Of a DNA stretch of 32,000 bases, positions 25,904-32,000 are shown piece by piece. The notes beneath the pieces were generated by a model, which was given only the letters and a program-made list of their open reading frames with translations, was not told the DNA's origin and ran no database searches. The DNA is from Acinetobacter wanghuae. GTDB taxonomy: Bacteria > Pseudomonadota > Gammaproteobacteria > Pseudomonadales > Moraxellaceae. Within the stretch, counting starts at the first letter, position 1. Each line of letters opens with the position of its first letter. The translations under genes and the position numbers were made by a program. The DNA is taken from NCBI RefSeq assembly GCF_009557235.1, contig NZ_CP045650.1, positions 1,800,001 to 1,832,000 on the forward strand, read 5' to 3'.

Positions 25904-26350
25904 TTAACCGAAGAATCCGAGTGGTAATGGCACGTCTAGTACACGGTCAAATAAATAGTAAGTACATGTACTGAGTAACAAACCTGTAATCGCTACTGGA
26001 ATTGTCTTGCCATTGAAAAGTTTGCCCACTGCAATGGTCATGAGTAAGGTTGCAACGATAAAGCCGAACCACTCAAAAATAACTGCATACACGGTCAAGG
26101 TTATTGCACACAATACGAGTTTACCGAGCAAATGCTTTGTCCAACCAAGTTCAATCGGTTCAAACATAATAGCTGGACGCACTGTCAGATAAACCGCGCT
26201 CGCTGTAATTAAACCCATCAACAAAATTGGAAAAGCTTTCGGTCCTACAGGATCGTAGGAGATAGGAGCTTCAAAACTACATGCATAGATCAGTAAAAAT
26301 AATCCACAGACTGCAATGATGCCCGTAAGAATACGTTCAAATTTCATCAT
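25904..26350 (-). CDS. tctB: tripartite tricarboxylate transporter, small subunit TctB
   Basis: 148 aa with 4 TM helices, positioned between tctC and tctA with a 13-nt gap to tctA. Confidence 0.8.
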   Translation of the reverse strand: MMKFERILTGIIAVCGLFLLIYACSFEAPISYDPVGPKAFPILLMGLITASAVYLTVRPAIMFEPIELGWTKHLLGKLVLCAITLTVYAVIFEWFGFIVATLLMTIAVGKLFNGKTIPVAITGLLLSTCTYYLFDRVLDVPLPLGFFG

Positions 26351-26404
26351 CTACCCTCAAAAACAAAAACTGAACGGAAACAGCTTTCCAGCTCAGTCTG
26401 TTTG

Positions 26405-27397
26405 TTATTTTGATAATTTATATTCTTGCGATAACTGACGCATTTCCTCAGTCTGCTTATAAACGTACTTAGCCAATTCCTCACCACTTAACTCAAATGG
26501 GAGTAGATCTTGGTTTTCACGTACTGCATCAAATTTTTGATCAGCCATCATTTTGTCGAACGCATTCTTCCACCAATTATAAGCTTCATCGCTTACTTTT
26601 GGTCCCATGTAGAAACCACGGATCACAGGCCATTCCAGGTCATAGCCTTGCTCTTTCGCAGTTGGCAATTGAGAGAATTTACCTTCCAAACGTTTGTCAG
26701 AGAAAACAGCCAAGATTCGGATATTTCCTGCTTCAAGATGAGAACCTACTTCGCTGACATTACCAACACCTACTTGAATATGCTGCCCAAGTAGTGAAGT
26801 TAAAACTTCACCACCACCCTCAAGTGCGACGAAACTCATGTCAGCAGGATTCACACCAGCTTTTTTCGCCAAGATTGCAGTTTGCATCCAGTCCTGACCA
26901 CCGACACTGCCCGCACCACCAAAGCTGATCACTTTTGGATTTTTTTTCAGGGCTTTCATCAGATCATCTAGCGTTTTTAATGGTGAGTCTTTATGTACTG
27001 CAACCAGACCATAATCTACTGCTACACCAGACAGCCATTTCACGTCTTTTTCCGTGAAACTCCCGAATTTACCTTGTGCCAAATTCAACAGTGAGCCGGT
27101 AGAAAATGCGATCACCGCATTATTATTTGCCGGATCATTGTTCACAATCTTGTTATAGGCTACCGCCCCAACACCGCCTGGCATATAAGTTACACGGATC
27201 GGATCTTTCAGGACTTCAGTTTGCTTGAAGCCTGATTGAATCAACTTACAGGTCATATCAAACCCGCCACCTGGTTTAGCAGGAGCGATACATTCAGGTC
27301 GCTTCGGCTGACCTGCTTCTTTAGAAGCATTGCCCGAGCCACATCCAACGATTGCCAAACTGGCACAAGCTACTGCGACTAATTTTAAGTTTTTCAT
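26405..27397 (-). CDS. tctC: tripartite tricarboxylate transporter substrate-binding protein TctC (Bug family), predicted lipoprotein
   Basis: ECIAPAKPGGGFDMTCK and the overall Bug-family pattern. The preferred start is ATG 27397 (MKNLKLVAVACASLAIVGCGSG), preceded by AAGGA. IVGC fits a lipobox. Confidence 0.85.
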   Translation of the reverse strand: MKNLKLVAVACASLAIVGCGSGNASKEAGQPKRPECIAPAKPGGGFDMTCKLIQSGFKQTEVLKDPIRVTYMPGGVGAVAYNKIVNNDPANNNAVIAFSTGSLLNLAQGKFGSFTEKDVKWLSGVAVDYGLVAVHKDSPLKTLDDLMKALKKNPKVISFGGAGSVGGQDWMQTAILAKKAGVNPADMSFVALEGGGEVLTSLLGQHIQVGVGNVSEVGSHLEAGNIRILAVFSDKRLEGKFSQLPTAKEQGYDLEWPVIRGFYMGPKVSDEAYNWWKNAFDKMMADQKFDAVRENQDLLPFELSGEELAKYVYKQTEEMRQLSQEYKLSK

Positions 27398-27492
27398 TGC
27401 TACATCCTTATAATGAATTGATCCATTTAATATTTTAGGAATCTTACCTATAGCCATCATCGACCTCCATGGTCTCATCGTGGTTTGGGTGC

Positions 27493-28638
27493 TTACTTTG
27501 CTTTTACCTTCTGTTTAGCAATACGTTCTTCTACAGCAAACTTCAGTAAGGCTGCACTACGGTAAAAACCGTGAGCGAATTTGCCAAAAGGAATAGTCAG
27601 GAAGAAGGTCATCACGGTTGCTAAGTGGATAATCAGTAATAGAGCCATCGCTGAGCTGTCACGGAAGGCGAGTAACGCCAAACCAGTAATACTAATGAGC
27701 AGCAACAGGAAGATAAAACCGCGATCCATTGGCTTTTGCTTTACATCGCCATGTAACGGATGACGTTTAATATTCAGGTACAGTAGACCGACTGGACCAA
27801 CTACTAGTCCAATACCACCAAGCGTTCCTAAAATAACTGGCAAGCTGGTATAGCTATATGGTGCTGCTAGACCTAAGAAATAGTGATAAGCAGTTGCAAC
27901 GCTAGTCGCTAGGAAACAGAGTAAAAAACCGTACATGGTGAAATGATGGAATACACGACGGATCTGGGTATAACGATCATCTTCCTCATTACAGCCCTTA
28001 CCATGTCCACCATCTAAATATTTCAGTGTCAGAACATTTTTAGAAGCTTGCAGAATATCTGGTTGCGCTACACCTTCTGGAATGATTTTAGACGTCTGTT
28101 TCCAGAATTTCGCTATGCCTAGACCAAGCAATATAATCGATGTGATAAATACTGAACCGAATAGAACAGCAAGGAAGTTATGCGGGAAGATCGCATAGAA
28201 ATTACCTTGGTATTGACCAAATAAGTCTGTGCCATTCATCCACACCCCTGCTAGCATTAACAGGAAGAAAATAACAGTCATCACAGAGACTAAAGCAATC
28301 CCCGTTTTCTTATAAATTGCACCAAAAGAAGCTGGTACTGCAAATTCCTGATAAGTTTCTAAACGTACTTGTGCCATCGCTTGTGGAATATTGACGCCAA
28401 ACTCATGTGGTGGCGCATATTGGCAGGCATGTAAACAGGCACCACAGTTATGGCATAGATTTGCCATGTAATGAATATCAGCTTGAGTAAATTCAAGACG
28501 TTTGGTCATTGCCGGGAATACGGCACAGAAAGTTTCACAGTAACGACACGCATTACAAATCTGTAAAGCCTGTTTAACTTGCTCTTCATTATCTGTCAGC
28601 TGCACGACAGGAATCATAGTTTTTACACTGGAATTCAT
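27493..28638 (-). CDS. tcuB: tricarballylate utilization 4Fe-4S membrane protein TcuB
   Basis: [15 protein letters not shown] and [19 protein letters not shown] cluster motifs followed by a polytopic membrane domain. Its start is 2 nt after the tcuA stop. Confidence 0.9.
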   Translation of the reverse strand: MNSSVKTMIPVVQLTDNEEQVKQALQICNACRYCETFCAVFPAMTKRLEFTQADIHYMANLCHNCGACLHACQYAPPHEFGVNIPQAMAQVRLETYQEFAVPASFGAIYKKTGIALVSVMTVIFFLLMLAGVWMNGTDLFGQYQGNFYAIFPHNFLAVLFGSVFITSIILLGLGIAKFWKQTSKIIPEGVAQPDILQASKNVLTLKYLDGGHGKGCNEEDDRYTQIRRVFHHFTMYGFLLCFLATSVATAYHYFLGLAAPYSYTSLPVILGTLGGIGLVVGPVGLLYLNIKRHPLHGDVKQKPMDRGFIFLLLLISITGLALLAFRDSSAMALLLIIHLATVMTFFLTIPFGKFAHGFYRSAALLKFAVEERIAKQKVKAK

Positions 28639-28640
28639 TT

Positions 28641-30035
28641 TTAAGCTCCCTGCTTGAATGCAGCTTTAGCAGCATTTTTGCCGGCAATACGTCCAAAGGT
28701 GGTTCCAATCGACATGCCCACTCCTGCGGTATAACCTTGCCCCAAAACATTACCTGCCATCATTTCACCAGCCACATACAAATTTGGACTTGGTTTGTTA
28801 TTAAAACGAACTGCAGCATCATCTTCGACTTTCAACCCTAAATAAGTGAAAGTAATACCAGGACGTAATGCGTAGGCATAGAACGGCGGCTTGTCTAAAG
28901 CGACAGCCCAGTGGGTTTTAGACGGAGTCAGATTCTCGGTATAACAGTTATCGAGTACGGTATGATTGAACTCACCTTTAACACAGGCATTGTTATAGTC
29001 AGTTACCGTTTTAGAGAAAGTCTCTACATCTAAATTAAGTTTTTGTGCTAGCTCTTCAATCGTGTTCGCTTTTGTGCCTTCAAATACTGGTGGCATAAAA
29101 CGACCGACAGATTTGGAATCGATAATTGAGTAAGCAATTTGGTTAGGTTGTTTTGCGACTAGACGACCCCAGATGGCATAGCGTTTCGGCCAGAAATCCT
29201 CACCCTCATCATAGAAACGTTCAGCATTTTTATTTACTACAATGCCTAAAGATACGCAGTCGATACGAGTACAAATACCACCATCATAAAGTGGAGCACG
29301 TGCATCAACAGCGACACAGTGCGACTGTGATGGATCGCCGATAATATCGGCACCTTGATCGATCATAAACTTTAACAAATTGCCTTGATTAAAGCGGGTA
29401 CCACGAATAATGAAATTATCTGCAGGCCATTCGCCATTTTCATTTTGCCCCCAAGCTTCACGTAACCATTCACGGTTGGATTCAAATCCACCCGCTGCAA
29501 GCACACAGGAAGCCCCTTCTAAACGTGTGCCATCTTCCGTCACGACAGCCTTAAACACACCATCTTCAATAATCAGTTCAGTAATTTTGGTGTTATAACG
29601 AATCTCAACCCCAAGGTTTTGAGCACTTCTGAAATAAGCATTGACGAGGGCCTTTCCACCCCCCATAAAGAAAGCATTAGTTCGTGCTACATGCAGAGCA
29701 CCAGATAAAGGAGGTTGAAAATTTACACCATGCTTACGCATCCAGTCACGGCAGGTTGCAGTCGAACGAATAACAAGACGAGCCAAATGCTCATTGGTTT
29801 TACCAGCAGTAACTTTTAATAAATCTTGCCAGTATTCTTCTTCAGGATAGGCATCGATCAGCACATCCTGAGGCGCATCATGCATACAACGTAAATTACG
29901 TGTGTGCTGTGAGTTTCCACCTCGCCATTCTTTGGGAGCTGCCTCCAAAAGTAATACTGAAGCACCCGCTTCTCGTGCAGTGAGTGCTGCACATAATGCG
30001 GCATTCCCACCGCCAATCACAATTACATCATGCAT
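28641..30035 (-). CDS. tcuA: FAD-dependent tricarballylate dehydrogenase TcuA
   Basis: [57 protein letters not shown] closely matches the remembered Salmonella TcuA. The preferred start is ATG 30035 with an AGGGAAG SD; the tracked ORF starts at 30065. Confidence 0.9.
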   Translation of the reverse strand: MHDVIVIGGGNAALCAALTAREAGASVLLLEAAPKEWRGGNSQHTRNLRCMHDAPQDVLIDAYPEEEYWQDLLKVTAGKTNEHLARLVIRSTATCRDWMRKHGVNFQPPLSGALHVARTNAFFMGGGKALVNAYFRSAQNLGVEIRYNTKITELIIEDGVFKAVVTEDGTRLEGASCVLAAGGFESNREWLREAWGQNENGEWPADNFIIRGTRFNQGNLLKFMIDQGADIIGDPSQSHCVAVDARAPLYDGGICTRIDCVSLGIVVNKNAERFYDEGEDFWPKRYAIWGRLVAKQPNQIAYSIIDSKSVGRFMPPVFEGTKANTIEELAQKLNLDVETFSKTVTDYNNACVKGEFNHTVLDNCYTENLTPSKTHWAVALDKPPFYAYALRPGITFTYLGLKVEDDAAVRFNNKPSPNLYVAGEMMAGNVLGQGYTAGVGMSIGTTFGRIAGKNAAKAAFKQGA

Positions 30036-30104
30036 TCGATGTCTTCCCTTTCGAATTTGATGCAATTTAAGACTAAAAGTAGGTATGTGCGTGATAGGCT
30101 GAAT

Positions 30105-30134
30105 TTAAATAGGTATTTAATAAAATTAAATAGG
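30105..30134 (-). promoter_or_regulatory. candidate TcuR operator in the tcuR-tcuA spacer
   Basis: Direct repeat TTAAATAGG at 30105-30113 and 30126-30134 (21-bp spacing), enclosing the perfect palindrome ATTTAAT-aaa-ATTAAAT (30115-30131). Confidence 0.35.
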
Positions 30135-31067
30135 CTAAAAGTCTAATAGCTCGGCACTAGGCCATAAACCCTTATTTATTAGATCTTTAACACAACTTTT
30201 TATCGCAACTTTAGTAGCAAGACTTGCAGGAGACAGTTCTTCTTCTGAAATACTGATTAAATAGTTGATCCTATCGAGCTCTGGTTCAACGACTTTTAAC
30301 AAACAAATATCAGATTTAAGATAATCAAAGTGGGCACTCACAGGCTGAATTGTGGCCACATTTAAGTTACTAACACAGTTCATTAATAAATGTAGCCCAT
30401 CAATTTCATAGTCCACATCTAATAATTCAACCTTTTGATCTAAAAATTTACGTAGACCATGTCTTTGGCTAGGCAAAACTAACGGTAAACGGTTCACCCT
30501 CTCTAAATCAATTTGACCATTTTGAATACAATCTTCAAAATTATATTGGAGTAACAAGGCCCTATTAGCCATCAAAAACATTTGTTCTTTCAATAAAGGT
30601 TGAACAGACCAATTAGCATCTACATCTTGGGTAAAAATAATAGCGATATCAAGTTGCCTTGAATTCACAAGGTTCGTGAGATTCCCAGATAAGCTTTCAA
30701 CTAAATGGATTTTGATATCCGGATACCGTTCAGACATAAGTTGCATAAATGGTATGCCGAGTACAGATGCAATACTTGGTGAAAAGCCCACACTGACATG
30801 ACCTGTCAGACGAGAGGAATGTGCTGCTTCAATTGCATACTGTACGTGACGTAAAGATAATTGCGCTTGTTTAAAAAAAGCTAAACCTGCTGGCGTAGGT
30901 GTAACTCCGCTAGAAGTACGGCTTAACAAACGAGTGCATAATTCATCTTCTAATTTTGAAATTTGCTGACTTAATGCAGATGTTCCAACATCTAGTTTCT
31001 GAGCAGCCTTACCTAGACTCCCAGACTCTACAATTGTAATAAAGTATTTTAGCTGTTTTAATTCCAC
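30135..31067 (-). CDS. tcuR: LysR-family regulator of tricarballylate utilization, TcuR-like
   Basis: LysR wHTH (GSLGKAAQKLDVGTSALSQQISKLEDEL), 310 aa, immediately upstream of and co-directional with tcuAB, as in Salmonella tcuRABC. Confidence 0.8.
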   Translation of the reverse strand: MELKQLKYFITIVESGSLGKAAQKLDVGTSALSQQISKLEDELCTRLLSRTSSGVTPTPAGLAFFKQAQLSLRHVQYAIEAAHSSRLTGHVSVGFSPSIASVLGIPFMQLMSERYPDIKIHLVESLSGNLTNLVNSRQLDIAIIFTQDVDANWSVQPLLKEQMFLMANRALLLQYNFEDCIQNGQIDLERVNRLPLVLPSQRHGLRKFLDQKVELLDVDYEIDGLHLLMNCVSNLNVATIQPVSAHFDYLKSDICLLKVVEPELDRINYLISISEEELSPASLATKVAIKSCVKDLINKGLWPSAELLDF

Positions 31068-31320
31068 TTATTTCCCTTAATACATTTTCATAGTAGTGTG
31101 TTAGATACTGACAATATACGATGTAAAGCTATTCAAGAGAATGATAAAAAAGAAGTATTGAATTTCTTAGTATTTATCTTTATTCATTGAGTTTGATTGA
31201 TAGGGCTTTTTTAAAGACATAGCTAATTTAAACATGTTTTTTATGTTTGGTGGCGGCAATTGAACTCACCCAAAATCCCTAATGAAATCTAGCCATTAAA
31301 AAAATTGAAGCCCAAGATTT

Positions 31321-31621
31321 TCACCCAAATTTACCCATTCCCCAATCGATCAATTTCCCTTCAAATTCAGGCACTAAAAACTCTATGAGTTCACTCAGAT
31401 CATGCTTATAGATTTTTAACGATTCTGACTGTTCTTTATATTTTCTATACCGCTCTATCCACCTACCAGACTTATCTCTTTCTACTCATAGATTTGGCTT
31501 ACCAGTTACTTTTAAAGGAAGCATAAAGTGTTTGATATATTCAGGATGATGCTGTATTAAGTTATGTGCAACACTAACCATATTAGTGAAACCACTCCCT
31601 ACAACAAAACCAGTTCTTGCA
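31321..31621 (-). pseudogene. degenerate ORF fragment of unknown family with an in-frame TGA
   Basis: The minus-strand frame reads ARTGFVVGSGFTNMVSVAHNLIQHHPEYIKHFMLPLKVTGKPNL*VERDKSGRWIERYRKYKEQSESLKIYKHDLSELIEFLVPEFEGKLIDWGMGKFG*. The internal TGA is at 31486-31488. There is no start codon and no recognisable family. Confidence 0.35.
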
Positions 31622-31622
31622 C

Positions 31623-31910
31623 TTAAAATTGAGGATCAAGATTCTGAGTAAGTTGTTCTCTGAATTCATTTCTTTTCGAACGAGCTTTCGCTAATGAATA
31701 AGCTGGATAGACTCCAATAGCTATAGTGGCTCTTTTCTTTGTTATAGGTCTAACATAATCAAAACGCCAATATACGCCATCTTTTTTATCTAGAAGTAAA
31801 TAAAGACTACCACCATCCGATAGCTTGATATTTCTATCCAACGATTTTTTATGCGTTGATATTACTGATTTAATTTTAGAGTCAGAAAGACTGATAATAA
31901 CTTTTGGCAT
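31623..31910 (-). pseudogene. N-terminal stub (arm-binding / DUF4102-like domain) of a P4-type tyrosine integrase
   Basis: LSDSKIKSV...IKLSDGGSLYLLLDKKDGVYWRFDY...ATIAIGVYPAYSLAKARSKRNEFREQL..DP is the canonical P4-integrase opening. The ORF stops after 95 aa, whereas full-length integrases are about 400 aa. The frame then hits further stops. Confidence 0.75.
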
Positions 31911-32000
31911 ATTTTTACGGTATCCTAAAACACCATCGGATAATATCGGACAACAGAATATTATAAGTTATTTATTTTTAATAATTTTCAGATTTTTTCG

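Noticed and set aside
23545-29598. Many short ORFs nested in the abrB-like, tctA, tctB, tctC, tcuB and tcuA genes (for example 24767-25015, 25202-25594, 26497-26794, 29153-29344).
   Set aside because: All overlap strongly supported long genes in other frames or strands and have no independent support.
21031-31975. Shared 8-mer AGTTATTT near 21031 and near 31967 as possible att direct repeats of the island.
   Set aside because: It is too short and lies in AT-rich DNA, so it is expected by chance. No longer repeat was found.
31911-32000. A tRNA gene adjacent to the integrase stub.
   Set aside because: No T-loop (GGTTCGAATCC-like) or acceptor-stem pattern is visible in the remaining 90 nt. If present it lies beyond the window. 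The ATCGGA-N4-ATCGGA repeat at about 31945-31960 was noted, but it is too short to call an arm site.
1-32000. CRISPR arrays, rRNA genes, and recognisable phage-defence or toxin-antitoxin gene pairs.
   Set aside because: No regularly spaced direct repeats were seen. No rRNA-like segments were seen. No gene pairs with recognisable defence or TA domains were found in the translations.

Overview
AT-rich (about 40% GC by eye) gammaproteobacterial chromosome segment. The gene content (CraA/MdfA-like pump, DcaP-family porin, MesX/MesD, OsmC-YcaO fusion) looks like Acinetobacter. All family calls are from reading the translations against remembered family sequences; no searches were run.

Layout, left to right:
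- glyA, cut at its 3' end by the window edge and absent from the ORF track.
- Small hypothetical genes and an ExoX-like exonuclease.
- A hexapeptide acetyltransferase.
- An OsmC domain fused to a full-length E. coli-type YcaO.
- AEC transporter, LysR regulator and aspA.
- An approximately 0.9 kb IS5-family (IS427-like) insertion.
- metR.
- An AT-rich insert encoding a polytopic membrane protein.
- The mesX-mesD-flavin reductase operon, an O2-dependent, folate- and B12-independent methionine synthase system whose chemistry is unresolved.
- A membrane protein with an apparent 1-nt frameshift.
- A craA-like MFS pump with a long structured leader.
- An MTHFR-like protein with a MetV-type Cys-rich tail, preceded by a 5'-truncated MetE-family remnant.
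- A nine-gene co-directional block: tcuR-tcuA-tcuB-tctC-tctB-tctA, an AbrB-like membrane protein, a DUF4116 repeat protein and a DcaP porin. It ends beside a decayed P4-type integrase stub, which suggests an old genomic island.

Most interesting items:
- The mesXD-flavin reductase module with candidate MetR boxes.
- The orphan OsmC-YcaO fusion.
- The perfectly phased 13 x 22-residue DUF4116 protein embedded in the tricarballylate block.
- The disrupted MetE-like/MTHFR-like pair at the island junction.

No CRISPR array, rRNA or tRNA was seen.
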